A stretch of DNA of 63,992 nucleotides, counting the filler, from an uncultured Clostridia bacterium (GTDB lineage Bacteria; Aerophobota; Aerophobia; Aerophobales; B3-G15), in assembly GCA_964482715.1 (NCBI GenBank). It is 6 parts of 4 records of this genome, joined end to end, with 100 filler letters (N's around TTAATTAATTAA, not from the genome) between each part and the next. Parts side by side here need not be neighbours in the genome. Positions count along the whole stretch, not along the records: positions 5,498 to 15,109 come from CAYZYX010000001.1; positions 15,210 to 26,024 come from CAYZYX010000002.1; 4 more parts are not named here. One strand, 5' to 3'. Position numbers and translations under genes: made by a program. Shown piece after piece: positions 10,653 to 21,297 of the stretch. The notes beneath the pieces were generated by a model that was not told where the DNA came from, did no database searches, and saw nothing but the letters and a program-made list of their open reading frames with translations. Each line of letters starts with the position of its first letter. The stretch's first letter is position 1.

Positions 10653-12047
10653 TTATTCTTTCAAAGCAGTTTTTGACAATTTCTCCAGAAAACTGTAAAA
10701 GCTTTTATCCATCCATTCTCTTGCTCCTATAGCTACTCCTATTATTTTACCCTGGGGATCTATAAAAAAGCTGGTAGGGATTCCTCTTATTCCATACATA
10801 CTACCAATTTTACCTTCTCTGTCCAGAACAACTGGGAAAGTATAACCATTTTGCTTTATAAAGAGGCGAACTTTTTCTTCGTTTTCCTTAAGATCTACAG
10901 CTAAAATTGTGAAGTTTTTATTCCCGAATTTTTTCCAGAGTTTTTGCATTGAGGGCATTTCTATTCGGCAGGGAGAACACCATGTTGCCCAGAAATTAAG
11001 CCATAGGAATTTTCCTCTCAGGTTTCTCGTGTTTATTTTCCCTCCCTCAATACTTTCCAGCGTAAAATCCATCATGGGATAAGGAGGATCAATCGGGGTT
11101 ATTCTCAGGGTACTGAAAGCTTCTTTTAATCCTTTCCCCGGAAGTATAAGTTTTGCCTCCTTTTTTGTGCCACCTACAGGGATCGTTTTTACCCTGCTGG
11201 CGTTAAATTCTGGAATTAACAGAAGCTTATTTTCTCTGTCGAGAGATATATCTGCAGGCTGGTTTAAGCCTTTTGCTATTAGCTGCAGTTTTCCTTCCCT
11301 GGTTAATTTGTAGATTTTTCCCGCCGTAAAATCAGAAAAGTATATGTTTCCCTCCTGGTCCCGATCGATGCCGTCAAGATTAACAGGTCTTTCGGGTAGA
11401 GTAAGCTCCTGCAGTTTGTTTTCCATAAGAATAAAAATCTTACCGCCATTCCAGCTTACTATAAATAAAGCACCGGTCTCGGGATGAATCATCAAACCAT
11501 TAGGTCCCTGAAGATCCTTGCTCTGGAAGTAGAGATGCACTTTTTTTGATTCAGGATCAATTTTATAGATGGTATTGGTGGCGGTGTCTGAAACGTAAAG
11601 ACTGCCCTCCTGATCGGCGACAATATCATTTAGAAATTTAGCTCCAGAAGGTCTAAGATCTATGTTTAAAATGTTTTCTCCTGTTCCCAGATCATAAGCA
11701 CGAACAAAATCTATATCCGTTACATATAATGTCCTTTTTACTATGGTAAGACCCTTGGGTGCATTGAGGATGTATTTTTGGCTTGCTCCATCAATGAACC
11801 TGAGGTTAATCATCTTTCCGGTTGAGTCTATTTTGGAGATAAAACCATTGTCATCTTTTGCTGTGGGTGTCCCATTGATGTTGGATACGTAATAAAAGGA
11901 GGTTTCAGGGTCCTTCAAAACACTCTCCGGCGTTTTAAATCCACCTAACTGCCAGGCACTGGCAAAAGGGAAAGGTTGGAAAAAGAGAAAAAGTAAAAAA
12001 CAGGTCAAAATGTATAGCGTTTGTAGCATAATTTTTACTATCCTCAT
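10653..12047 (-). CDS. Secreted SMP-30/gluconolactonase-like beta-propeller fused to a TlpA-family thioredoxin domain
   Basis: Signal peptide; TPESV, NAPKG, FLNDI, GPNG and LDGI propeller motifs; C-terminal LNFWATWCSPCRIEMP and GIPTS. Confidence 0.78.
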   Translation of the reverse strand: MRIVKIMLQTLYILTCFLLFLFFQPFPFASAWQLGGFKTPESVLKDPETSFYYVSNINGTPTAKDDNGFISKIDSTGKMINLRFIDGASQKYILNAPKGLTIVKRTLYVTDIDFVRAYDLGTGENILNIDLRPSGAKFLNDIVADQEGSLYVSDTATNTIYKIDPESKKVHLYFQSKDLQGPNGLMIHPETGALFIVSWNGGKIFILMENKLQELTLPERPVNLDGIDRDQEGNIYFSDFTAGKIYKLTREGKLQLIAKGLNQPADISLDRENKLLLIPEFNASRVKTIPVGGTKKEAKLILPGKGLKEAFSTLRITPIDPPYPMMDFTLESIEGGKINTRNLRGKFLWLNFWATWCSPCRIEMPSMQKLWKKFGNKNFTILAVDLKENEEKVRLFIKQNGYTFPVVLDREGKIGSMYGIRGIPTSFFIDPQGKIIGVAIGAREWMDKSFYSFLEKLSKTALKE

Positions 12048-12121
12048 GGGTTGACTCCTTTGTTTTTGTACATAGCTATTTTACAGGAGTCATCATGATA
12101 GTCAAATTAGCTGTATTTTTT

Positions 12122-12982
12122 CTATTTTTTGCAAAAATTGGTCTGGTAGCTGTATTCTTTCATCAAAAGACGGGTTATAGCGCCTGGTTTACCATCTCTA
12201 ACCTGATGGGTGTTTATTCTGGCAACAGGAAGTATTTCGCGTATTGAATTGGTTAAAAAAATCTCATCGGCATCCCAAATCTCCTCTGGCTTTATTTTTC
12301 TCTCTTTACAGAGTATCCCGAGATGGGAACATATTTCAAACACAACCTGACGTGTGATTCCCGGTAAAAGTCCACAATCAACAGATGGTGTAAACAGGTC
12401 CCCTTTTTTTACCAGAAAAATATTAGTCACAGAACCTTCTGTCAGATAGCCCTCGTTATTTAAAAATATTGCTTCCTGGTAACCTTTTTCTTCTGCTTCT
12501 CTTTTGGCTATGATATTTTCCAGGAAGTTTAAGGTTTTATGCTGGTATATTGGTGAGGCAGAGTTTCTCCTTATACTACTAAAGGTTACACTGATTCCTT
12601 CTTTATACCAGCTTTCGGGAAAGGAAGTAATGGGTTTTGAGATAACCACAAAGGTGGATTTACTGGAAGGATCTGAGAGTTTTCCTGAATATGTTCCTCC
12701 GGAGAGGATAATTTTTATATAAGCCTCCTGAAGATTGTTTATCTTCAGTGTTTCGTAAACAATCTGTGAAATTTCTTTGTCTGAAAGAGTTAAAGGAATT
12801 CCTAAAAAACTGGCTGATGAGGTGAGCCTTTTTATGTGGTCGGATAACCGATAAACAGAGCCCTTGTAAGATCTCATTGTTTCAAAGATTCCCCATCCAA
12901 ATAAAAATCCCACATTCTGGATGGGTATTTTAGCCCGCGAAGGTTTTAGAAAATGTCCGTTAATAAATATCCTGTATTCCAT
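12122..12982 (-). CDS. Class IV PLP enzyme, probably 4-amino-4-deoxychorismate lyase (PabC-like; IlvE/Dat not excluded)
   Basis: GIFETM, HKTLN, EGSVTN, LPGITR motifs; immediately downstream of pabB. Confidence 0.8.
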   Translation of the reverse strand: MEYRIFINGHFLKPSRAKIPIQNVGFLFGWGIFETMRSYKGSVYRLSDHIKRLTSSASFLGIPLTLSDKEISQIVYETLKINNLQEAYIKIILSGGTYSGKLSDPSSKSTFVVISKPITSFPESWYKEGISVTFSSIRRNSASPIYQHKTLNFLENIIAKREAEEKGYQEAIFLNNEGYLTEGSVTNIFLVKKGDLFTPSVDCGLLPGITRQVVFEICSHLGILCKERKIKPEEIWDADEIFLTNSIREILPVARINTHQVRDGKPGAITRLLMKEYSYQTNFCKK

Positions 12983-13001
12983 TTTTTTATTATTAATCTT
13001 T

Positions 13002-14444
13002 TTATCCAGGAGTCTTAATTTTTTCCCTTTGATGAAGAGATTGAATAAGAGCTTTTGCCTTGTCCAGAGTTTCCTGGTATTCCTTCTCGGGATCTGAGTC
13101 CGCTACTATTCCTCCCCCTACCTGAAAAAACGCCTTTTTTTCCTTAATTACGAAAGTCCGAATAACAATGTTAAGGTCCATTGTCTGATTAAATCCCAGA
13201 TAACCCAGTGCTCCGGTGTAAATACCTCTTCTTGTTGGCTCCAGTTCATCAATTATCTCCATTGCTCTTATTTTTGGAGCCCCGGTAATAGAACCCCCCG
13301 GGAAGGTGGCTTTAAGAAGGTCAATCCTGTCTTTTCCCGGATAAAGCTTCCCCTCAACCGTAGAAACAGTATGAAAAACTGTAGGGTAGGCCTCCAGTTC
13401 TATCAACTCTCTCACTTTAACCGAACCATAACGGCAAACTTTTCCCAGATCATTTCTCTCCAGGTCAATAATCATAACCAGTTCTGCCCTGTCTTTCTGG
13501 CTCTGAAGAAGTTGCCGAGCTAATCTCTCGTCCTCCTCTTTTGTTCTTCCTCGAGGTCGAGTGCCCTTTATAGGCCTTGTTTCAACCATTTCACCATTGA
13601 CTTTGAGAAACCTTTCAGGAGAAGAACTTGCGACAATGACTTCTCCAAAATTAAGATAGGCTGCAAAAGGTGCAGGGTTTATCTTTCTAAGTCTTTGATA
13701 CAGACTAAAAGGGGGAAAAGAAAGTTTAGTTTGGAGTCTTTGAGATAAGTTAACCTGATATATCTCACCAGCAGCAATGTATTCTTTAGCCTTTTTTACT
13801 GCTTTAAGATAATCGGATTTTGTGAAGTTGGACTTGATTACAGGAAACTCATTGGTGTAGGTAGATTCCTCCAGATTGGAGATTTCTGCTGTAACTTTTG
13901 ATGAGGAGCCGGTAAAGAGTTTGCTTTTAAATTGCTCAATTTTTTCTTTGAGACCGGTTTTTTCTCCTGGAAGCGCTATGGCTGCAATATATGCTCTGTT
14001 CTCTAAGTGATCTATAGTAAGTATGCGGTCATAAAAAGCAAGAAAAAGCTCAGGTATTTTGATATCATCCATGGTGGTGCAGGGGACTTTTTCGATAAAA
14101 TGGCACAGGTCATAGGCAAAGTAACCTACGGCTCCACCCAGAAAGGGCGGCAGAGAAGGGGGAGTAAGTCCTATATCAAAATTGTTAAGAATTTCTCGTA
14201 GGATGTAAAAAGGGTTTTTCTTCTTAACCTGAACCTCATTTTTGGTTCTTAGCCAGGTAGTCTTATTGTGAGTCTTTACTATGAGGAAAGGATCAATTCC
14301 CATAAAGGAGTATCGCCCCAGTTTATCTTTGTAAACCCCAGAGCCACTATCCAGAAAGGAAAAATAAGGCCGGGAAGCTAATCGAAAAGTAGCTTCCATA
14401 GAAGGGGTAAAGTCTATTTCTGAGATAAGAATTTTTTTATCCAT
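13002..14444 (-). CDS. pabB: Aminodeoxychorismate synthase component I
   Basis: YQVNLSQR, SSSPERF, TRPIKGT, DLERNDLG, FPGGSITGAPK. Confidence 0.88.
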   Translation of the reverse strand: MDKKILISEIDFTPSMEATFRLASRPYFSFLDSGSGVYKDKLGRYSFMGIDPFLIVKTHNKTTWLRTKNEVQVKKKNPFYILREILNNFDIGLTPPSLPPFLGGAVGYFAYDLCHFIEKVPCTTMDDIKIPELFLAFYDRILTIDHLENRAYIAAIALPGEKTGLKEKIEQFKSKLFTGSSSKVTAEISNLEESTYTNEFPVIKSNFTKSDYLKAVKKAKEYIAAGEIYQVNLSQRLQTKLSFPPFSLYQRLRKINPAPFAAYLNFGEVIVASSSPERFLKVNGEMVETRPIKGTRPRGRTKEEDERLARQLLQSQKDRAELVMIIDLERNDLGKVCRYGSVKVRELIELEAYPTVFHTVSTVEGKLYPGKDRIDLLKATFPGGSITGAPKIRAMEIIDELEPTRRGIYTGALGYLGFNQTMDLNIVIRTFVIKEKKAFFQVGGGIVADSDPEKEYQETLDKAKALIQSLHQREKIKTPG

Positions 14445-14475
14445 AAATATCCCATACAGATCTTACTGAAAATCA

Positions 14476-14505
14476 ATTATATATTTTACCGGAAGGGGTT
14501 GTCAA
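14476..14505 (-). promoter_or_regulatory. sigma70-type promoter for pabB-pabC
   Basis: TTGACA-N18-TATAAT on the minus strand about 30 bp upstream of the start. Confidence 0.65.
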
Positions 14506-14522
14506 GCTAATCTTGTTACATA

Positions 14523-15109
14523 TCATCCTCGAGGTGCAGGTGTTATATAACCCCCGGCTCCAACCCATCCAAAAACCTTAAGGAAAACTTCTTTTGTAAG
14601 ACTGTCGAACTTATCTGCTGGACCTATGCACCCATTGAGATGAACCTGGGTAGCCCCACTCATAGGGAAGATCATACAGGAAAGAGCTCCCACCTTTCCC
14701 TGGTAGCGAAAAGCAATAAAACGGGCATCAGCCCCGGGCCACATAGCTGAAACAAACCTGTGGAGATCATCTTCAACCACAATATCTACCTGTGGAGAGG
14801 AACCGGTGAGAAGACGAATACCTTCTCTAATTCCTTCTTCAAGGGTCACTGCTCCAAAGATCACAGCATAGTACACATATAGATTTGCCTCACCATCCGG
14901 AGATATGATTTTCAGTCCCCCATAGTATCCTGATGGATCCTGCATAACCTCTTCTTTCCAGTCAGGAGGCCGGATGAGTTTTAGCATGTAAATTGTGGGA
15001 TGGCCAACATGAACCCAATCGGAAGGTGGAGTTACCTGGGAAAGAGGTGGTGGATTTGCCCCCCGGGCCAGGTTTCTCAAGATTTTAATCCCTTCTGAGC
15101 CATCTCCAG
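14523..15109 (-). CDS. Hypothetical protein, N-terminus lost in gap
   Basis: Frame open from the gap to the stop at 14523; no recognised motif. Confidence 0.6.
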
Positions 15110-15209
15110 NNNNNNNNNNNNNNNNNNNNNNNNNNNNNNNNNNNNNNNNNNNNTTAATTAATTAANNNNNNNNNNNNNNNNNNNNNNNNNNNNNNNNNNN
15201 NNNNNNNNN
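15110..15209. other. Artificial contig linker
   Basis: N run with TTAATTAATTAA. Confidence 0.99.
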
Positions 15210-15382
15210 TGTGTATACCTTGTTTTAGAGGAAGGGAACACACCTTTCCTTTTGGTGTTATAAGTTTTATCTTTGTTATAAGACTTTTTCCCGAATCTGG
15301 AATTGTAACAGTTGACCAGAGGGATTTTTTAAATAATAATAAATATGGTCAACTTTAGTATTTTCTTTTAGGGAGGAAATAA

Positions 15383-18001
15383 ATGTATAAGTGGGATAGA
15401 TTTACCATAAAAGCTCAGGAGGCTATTCAGAGAGCTCAGGAGATGGCTGAAGAAAAAAACAATCAAGAGATTACCCCCGCTCACCTTCTTCTTGCTCTCC
15501 TGGAGGATAAAGAAGGTATAGCCACATCACTTCTGCGAACTCTTGGCGTGAATGAGGAACAGGTAGCTTCCCAGGTAGAAGTAGAAATAGATAGACTGCC
15601 AAAAGTTTTGGGGCAGACTCAACTTTACATATCTCCTGAGCTGAAAAAAGTTTTAGATATAGCCCAAAAGGAGGCTTCTTATTTAAAGGATGACTATATA
15701 AGTACCGAGCACCTTCTCCTGGGTCTTTCCCAGGATGAGACGTCTCCTGTCGGTCAGATTTTACAGAGGCAGAGTGTAACCAGAGACAACCTTCTTAAAG
15801 CCCTCCAGAACGTTCGAGGAAGTCAAAGAGTCACCGATCAAAATCCAGAAGATAAGTATCAAGCTCTACAGAGATTTACCCGGGATCTTACCGAACTTGC
15901 TGCTCAGGGAAAACTTGACCCTGTAATTGGCAGGGATAATGAAATAAGAAGGGTTATTCAGATTCTTTCCAGAAGAACCAAGAACAACCCTGTGCTTATT
16001 GGCGAGCCAGGAGTTGGAAAAACTGCTATTGTTGAGGGACTGGCAAGAAGAATTGTTGCCGGAGATGTTCCGGAAGGATTGAAGGATAAGAGAATCCTTG
16101 CTCTTGATATGGGGGCACTAATTGCCGGAACCAAATTTCGGGGAGAGTTTGAGGATAGGTTAAAATCTCTTTTAAGGGAAATAAAAGAAAGAGAGGGCCA
16201 GATAATCCTTTTTATTGATGAGCTGCACACCGTCGTAGGAGCTGGAGCAGCTGAAGGAGCAATGGATGCGTCCAATATGTTGAAACCGGCACTGGCAAGA
16301 GGGGAACTTCGCTGTATCGGGGCAACCACCGTGGACGAGTATCGCAAGTATATAGAGAAAGATGCCGCACTTGAGCGAAGATTTCAAACTGTGCTGGTAA
16401 AAGAACCTACGGTGGAAGATACCATTGCTATTTTAAGAGGTTTAAAAGAGAGATATGAGGCTCATCATGGAGTTAGAATAAAGGATTCTGCTCTGGTGGC
16501 CGCAGCAATTCTTTCTCATCGCTACATTACCGATCGTTTTTTACCTGATAAGGCTATCGATCTTATAGATGAGGCTGCTTCAAGGATAAGAATAGAGATA
16601 GATTCAAGACCTACTGAGATTGACGAGATTGAGCGTAAGATAATGCAGCTGGAAATCGAGCGCCAGGCACTAAAAAAAGAAAAAGACGAGGTCAGTAAAG
16701 AAAGACTGGAAAAACTGGAAAAGGAGCTTGCTAATCTCAAGGAAAAAGCGGACCAACTTAAGGTTCACTGGCAACGGGAAAAAGAGGTCATTCAGCGGAT
16801 AGGAAAAATTAAAAAAGATATAGAAATTACAAGAGAAGAGTCTCTTAAAGCAGAAAGAGAGGGAAATCTTGATAGAGCAGCTGAACTTCGTTATGGCAAA
16901 TTGATTCAGCTTCAAAAAGCCCTGGAGGAAGAAACTAAGAAACTTGCTGAACTTCAAAAAGATAAAAAAATGCTTAAAGAAGAGGTGGAAGAGGAAGACA
17001 TTGCTGAAATTGTATCTGAATGGAGAGGCATACCTCTTACCAGACTTCTAGAGGGTGAAAAGGAGAAACTCCTTAAGATGGAAGATCGTCTGAAAACAAG
17101 GGTGGTTGGCCAGGACGAAGCAGTAAGAGCAGTGTCCAATGCTATAAGGAGAGCAAGATCGGGTCTGCAGGATCCCAATCGTCCTCTTGGTTCCTTTATA
17201 TTCCTCGGACCCACCGGGGTTGGAAAGACAGAACTTGCCAAAGCTCTGGCAGAATTTCTATTTGATGATGAAAAAGTTTTGATAAGACTGGATATGTCAG
17301 AATATATGGAAAGGCACACAGTATCGCGGTTAATAGGGGCTCCTCCTGGATATGTTGGGTATGAGGAGGGGGGACAGCTTACAGAGCCTGTCAGAAGACA
17401 GCCTTACACGGTGGTTCTTTTTGATGAAATTGAGAAAGCTCATCCCGATGTTTTTAACGTGCTTTTGCAGATACTTGATGAGGGAAGGTTAACTGACGGA
17501 CAGGGAAGGACGGTAGATTTCAAGAATACGGTGATCATAATGACCTCCAATGTGGGTAGCAGGTGGATTGAGGAGCTTTCTCGAATGGAAGATATACGAC
17601 AGAAAGTACGGGAGGCCCTGAGAGCTCAATTTCGCCCTGAATTTCTCAATCGTATTGACGAGATTATAATATTCAATCGTTTAACGCAGGAAGACATTAA
17701 AAAGATCGTGGATATTCAGATTGGAAGAGTGAAACAAAGACTTGCCGAAAAGCATATAGACTTCATCCTGACTCCCAAGGCTAAAGAGTTTTTAGCTGAA
17801 AAAGGGTATGACCCTCAATATGGAGCCAGACCTTTGAGAAGAGTCATCCAGCGAGAGATTCTTGATCCTCTCGCTATGCAACTTCTGGAGGGAAAATTTA
17901 AAGAAGGAGATTGCATTAAGATTGATGTTCCTGATGGAAAGGTGGTATTTGAGAGAGTAAAAGAGATTTCTCGAGAAAAAGTAGCAACTCCCCAGAGGTG
18001 A
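15383..18001 (+). CDS. clpB: ATP-dependent chaperone ClpB
   Basis: Two AAA+ domains ([16 protein letters not shown]), long middle coiled coil, 872 aa; GGGAGG RBS. Confidence 0.96.
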   Translation: MYKWDRFTIKAQEAIQRAQEMAEEKNNQEITPAHLLLALLEDKEGIATSLLRTLGVNEEQVASQVEVEIDRLPKVLGQTQLYISPELKKVLDIAQKEASYLKDDYISTEHLLLGLSQDETSPVGQILQRQSVTRDNLLKALQNVRGSQRVTDQNPEDKYQALQRFTRDLTELAAQGKLDPVIGRDNEIRRVIQILSRRTKNNPVLIGEPGVGKTAIVEGLARRIVAGDVPEGLKDKRILALDMGALIAGTKFRGEFEDRLKSLLREIKEREGQIILFIDELHTVVGAGAAEGAMDASNMLKPALARGELRCIGATTVDEYRKYIEKDAALERRFQTVLVKEPTVEDTIAILRGLKERYEAHHGVRIKDSALVAAAILSHRYITDRFLPDKAIDLIDEAASRIRIEIDSRPTEIDEIERKIMQLEIERQALKKEKDEVSKERLEKLEKELANLKEKADQLKVHWQREKEVIQRIGKIKKDIEITREESLKAEREGNLDRAAELRYGKLIQLQKALEEETKKLAELQKDKKMLKEEVEEEDIAEIVSEWRGIPLTRLLEGEKEKLLKMEDRLKTRVVGQDEAVRAVSNAIRRARSGLQDPNRPLGSFIFLGPTGVGKTELAKALAEFLFDDEKVLIRLDMSEYMERHTVSRLIGAPPGYVGYEEGGQLTEPVRRQPYTVVLFDEIEKAHPDVFNVLLQILDEGRLTDGQGRTVDFKNTVIIMTSNVGSRWIEELSRMEDIRQKVREALRAQFRPEFLNRIDEIIIFNRLTQEDIKKIVDIQIGRVKQRLAEKHIDFILTPKAKEFLAEKGYDPQYGARPLRRVIQREILDPLAMQLLEGKFKEGDCIKIDVPDGKVVFERVKEISREKVATPQR

Positions 18002-18005
18002 CCCA

Positions 18006-19097
18006 ATGAATGGATATGAGAGAATGATGGCTGCCCTTAGGCTTGAGCAACCAGACAGGGTTCCTGTATGGGAGCTGATTATCAATTCCCCGGTAATTCG
18101 AGCCCTTCACGGGGATATTTCCTATGCCGATTTTGTAGAAAAGGAGGACCTTGATGGAATCACTGTCCTGGAGGATCAGAAAACCCAGATGATTAGTTCT
18201 GATACTTTCAGAGATGAGTGGGGAATTGTTTGGAGAAAGGAGCCAAGTGGGCTTGACTATCCCATTGATGGTCCTATTAAATCAGAAAAAGACCTTGATA
18301 AATACCGTCCCCCTGATGCTGATGCACCCTGGAGACTTCAAACTCTGACAGAGTATGTCAAAAGGTTCAAACAAGAAAAAGCTATAGTCTTTCTGGGACA
18401 CGATGCTTTTGAGTTTTCTCATTATCTTCTGGGAGGAATGGATAAGCTATTTTTTTACTACATATCCAATCCGGATTTCGTTCATAGACTTGCCCAAATG
18501 GTTATAGAGTACAAGTGCCAGGTTATGCAAAATGCTGTAGATGCTGGTGCTGATATCCTGTTGACTGGTGATGATTATGCTGGGAGAAAAGGGACTTTTA
18601 TGTCGCCACAGCATTTCAGAGAGTTTATCCTCCCTTACCTGAAAATGGCTGTGGATGTAGCTAAGAAAAACAGGGTCCCTTTCATAAAACATACTGATGG
18701 TAATTTATGGCAAATCCTGGACGATCTGGTGACAAGCGGGATTGATGCTCTCGATCCTGTTGAACCTATAGCCAGGATGGATATTGGACAGATAAAGAAA
18801 AAATATGGAGATAGGATTTGTCTTATAGGAAATGTTGACTGCACGGAAATTTTGACTCATGCCACAACCTCCGAAGTTGAAGAAGCCGTTAAAGAAACCG
18901 TAGCTAAAGCCTCACCGGGAGGAGGACATATACTTGCCTCAAGCAACAGTATTCATCCGGCAGTGAAACCGGAGAACTACAAAAAGATGATAGAGGTAGC
19001 CAGAAAGTGGGGAACATACCCTCTGGATACCAAAATGGTGGAAGAGTATCGAAATAAAAACTACATTACCACCTATCTGGATAAATACCCGGTTTGA
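18006..19097 (+). CDS. Uroporphyrinogen decarboxylase (URO-D)/MtaA-CmuA methyltransferase superfamily protein
   Basis: PDRVPV, DEWG, GDDYA, HTDGN, GNVD and GGGHILASSNSI motifs. Confidence 0.82.
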   Translation: MNGYERMMAALRLEQPDRVPVWELIINSPVIRALHGDISYADFVEKEDLDGITVLEDQKTQMISSDTFRDEWGIVWRKEPSGLDYPIDGPIKSEKDLDKYRPPDADAPWRLQTLTEYVKRFKQEKAIVFLGHDAFEFSHYLLGGMDKLFFYYISNPDFVHRLAQMVIEYKCQVMQNAVDAGADILLTGDDYAGRKGTFMSPQHFREFILPYLKMAVDVAKKNRVPFIKHTDGNLWQILDDLVTSGIDALDPVEPIARMDIGQIKKKYGDRICLIGNVDCTEILTHATTSEVEEAVKETVAKASPGGGHILASSNSIHPAVKPENYKKMIEVARKWGTYPLDTKMVEEYRNKNYITTYLDKYPV

Positions 19098-19111
19098 CTT
19101 ATTTGTTTTTG

Positions 19112-19666
19112 TTACTCATTCTCAAGAAGTTTTCGCACCCGGGCAATCTCCCCATTTACTATATCCACAACTGCCTGAGAAGAAATGGTGGCTCCAGTAA
19201 TGGCCTGAACCTCACCCGAAGTAGAAGGTTTTCTCTTAACCACCCGAAGAGGTGAACTAATAGAGAGATGGTGAAATTGGTCTCGAAAAGAAGAAGTGGT
19301 AATTTTTTGGCCTAACCCCGGAGTTTCCACTGATTCTAAAACCTGTATGGCGAAAATTTGTTTTAATTCGGGATCAACTCCAATCATAAGCTTTATGATT
19401 CCCTGATATCCCGGGCCCTCTCCTGTAAAAGCGTAGCCTACTTCCTTTCCTGAAGAATCAAATCCTTTGTATATGATTTTTCCGTCTTTTTTTATCTCCC
19501 GGAAAGTCTGTGCTCCAGGCAAGACCTGAAAAATTGCTTCTTGCAGAGCCTTTTGCTGGTTTATCTTGATTAGAGGTTGAGTATACCTGTAAACCCCCAC
19601 CAGAGCTCCTCCCGAAAGCATACCTACAAGAGTTAAGGTTAATATCATATGATGAGATTTTTTCAA
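19112..19666 (-). CDS. rnfG: Rnf complex subunit G (FMN-binding)
   Basis: N-terminal TM, GPGYQG, ETPGLG, flavinylation motif AITGATISS. Confidence 0.88.
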   Translation of the reverse strand: MKKSHHMILTLTLVGMLSGGALVGVYRYTQPLIKINQQKALQEAIFQVLPGAQTFREIKKDGKIIYKGFDSSGKEVGYAFTGEGPGYQGIIKLMIGVDPELKQIFAIQVLESVETPGLGQKITTSSFRDQFHHLSISSPLRVVKRKPSTSGEVQAITGATISSQAVVDIVNGEIARVRKLLENE

Positions 19667-19668
19667 TT

Positions 19669-20628
19669 TCAGCGCCCTCCAAGGATTTTTGGTTTTATAT
19701 ACCTGTCCAATAAAGGAGTGATTGCATTCATCAGCAGGATTGAAAACATTACGCCCTCTGGATAACCCCCCCAGAGCCTTATGACCATAACCACAACCCC
19801 GGCTCCAACTCCAAAGATTATCCTTCCTAACCGGGAGACGGGAGTGGTAACCGGGTCCGTAGCCATAAAAAAGGCTCCCAGCATTAAACCTCCTGCCAGA
19901 AGATGGAAAAGAGGACTTCCGTAAGCTGGATTAAAAAGGAAAGCTGTTTCACTGAATATCGCAACTGTACCCAGATAGAAAAAAGGAATTCTCCAATCTA
20001 TGTATCTCTTAGCAATAAGAAAAATACCTCCTACTAAAAGAGCAAAGGCTGAGGTTTCTCCCAGAGATCCGGCAACATTTCCCCAGAAAAGGTCAGATAT
20101 GGGGGTTAAAAGATGCTGGAATTTAAGAAGACCAAGGGGTGTTGCCCCGGTAAGGGTATCCAGGGTCAAGGGAGCAGTCCAGGTAGTCATTAAAACCGGA
20201 AAAGTTGCCATAAGAAAGGCTCTTCCCACCAGAGCAGGATTAAAAATATTGTATCCCAACCCCCCGAAGATCTGTTTCCCGAAGATTACGGCAAAAATTG
20301 CTCCCATAGCAGCAGCCCACAGAGGAAGGTCGGGAGGAAGCACAAGAGCAAGGAGAATACCGGTTAAAAGAGCACTTGGTTCATTAGGCAGGTTTTTCCG
20401 ACGAAGCTTTATAAAAATATACTCTGAAGCTATACTGAAGAACGCACAGGTGACAAGGAGCTTTACTGCCTGCAGCCGGAAGAAGTAGACACTGAATCCC
20501 ATAGCAGGTATAAGGGCAATTATCACAGCCCACATAAGTTTGGCTACACTGATTTTATCCCTTATGTGAGGAGCTGCCGTAAGAACGGGAAGTTTTTGTG
20601 ATTTGCTGTCAGCCCGGGTTTTTTTCAT
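19669..20628 (-). CDS. rnfD: Rnf complex subunit D
   Basis: APHI, KQIFGGLGYNIFNPALVGRAF, TGATP, GSLGETS, FMATDPVT, YPEGV. Confidence 0.92.
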   Translation of the reverse strand: MKKTRADSKSQKLPVLTAAPHIRDKISVAKLMWAVIIALIPAMGFSVYFFRLQAVKLLVTCAFFSIASEYIFIKLRRKNLPNEPSALLTGILLALVLPPDLPLWAAAMGAIFAVIFGKQIFGGLGYNIFNPALVGRAFLMATFPVLMTTWTAPLTLDTLTGATPLGLLKFQHLLTPISDLFWGNVAGSLGETSAFALLVGGIFLIAKRYIDWRIPFFYLGTVAIFSETAFLFNPAYGSPLFHLLAGGLMLGAFFMATDPVTTPVSRLGRIIFGVGAGVVVMVIRLWGGYPEGVMFSILLMNAITPLLDRYIKPKILGGR

Positions 20629-21278
20629 TTTCTTCTTCCTCTCACTTTTTTTGGTTTGATATGCTTGGAAAGAAAATAAGAAAGAGTTTCAAGTTCCATA
20701 CTGAGATCCACATTTTTCAATTTTACTTCCTTAGGTACCATTAATCTAACCGGAGCAAAATTCAAGATCCCCTTTACACCTCCTTGAATGAGTTTGTTTG
20801 CCACATCTTGAGCTGCCTCTGCAGGAGTGGTAATTATACCGATTTGAATTTTAAGTCTGGGTAAAACAACCGGAATTTCCTCTGTATTTCTTATCAATAC
20901 ATTTTCAACTCGAGTTCCTATTTTGGTCGGATCGTTGTCAAAAGCGGCTCTTATTTTGAATTCTTTTCTTTTAAGTCCGGGATAGGTAAGGAGAGCTGTT
21001 CCCAGTTTTCCAATACCCACCAGAGCAAGTCCCCATATGCGATCTAAAGCTAAAATGCGGGAAAGTTCCTCTACCAATTTTTTCACTCTGTATCCCTGCC
21101 CGGGAATTCCAAATTCACCAAAATAGGCAAGGTCTTTTCTTACCTGTCCACCAGTTGTTCCCACCATCTCAGCAAGCTCCTCAGAGGATAAAACACGATC
21201 AGGAGGGAATTTTCTTAAGGCCCTAAGGTAAATAGAAAGTCGCTCAACTGTAATCTCTGGTATTTTAAATTGTGGCAC
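20625..21278 (-). CDS. rex: Redox-sensing transcriptional repressor Rex
   Basis: IPEITVERLSIYLR, QVRKDLAYFGEFG..GQGY, GIGKLG, ILNFAP. Confidence 0.93.
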   Translation of the reverse strand: MPQFKIPEITVERLSIYLRALRKFPPDRVLSSEELAEMVGTTGGQVRKDLAYFGEFGIPGQGYRVKKLVEELSRILALDRIWGLALVGIGKLGTALLTYPGLKRKEFKIRAAFDNDPTKIGTRVENVLIRNTEEIPVVLPRLKIQIGIITTPAEAAQDVANKLIQGGVKGILNFAPVRLMVPKEVKLKNVDLSMELETLSYFLSKHIKPKKVRGRRK

Positions 21279-21297
21279 TTAATCCCCCCTTTGCTAT

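Noticed and set aside
15346-15363. CtsR, CIRCE or HAIR operator at clpB
   Set aside because: Only one GGTCAA half-site with a poor second heptad; no CIRCE or HAIR match.
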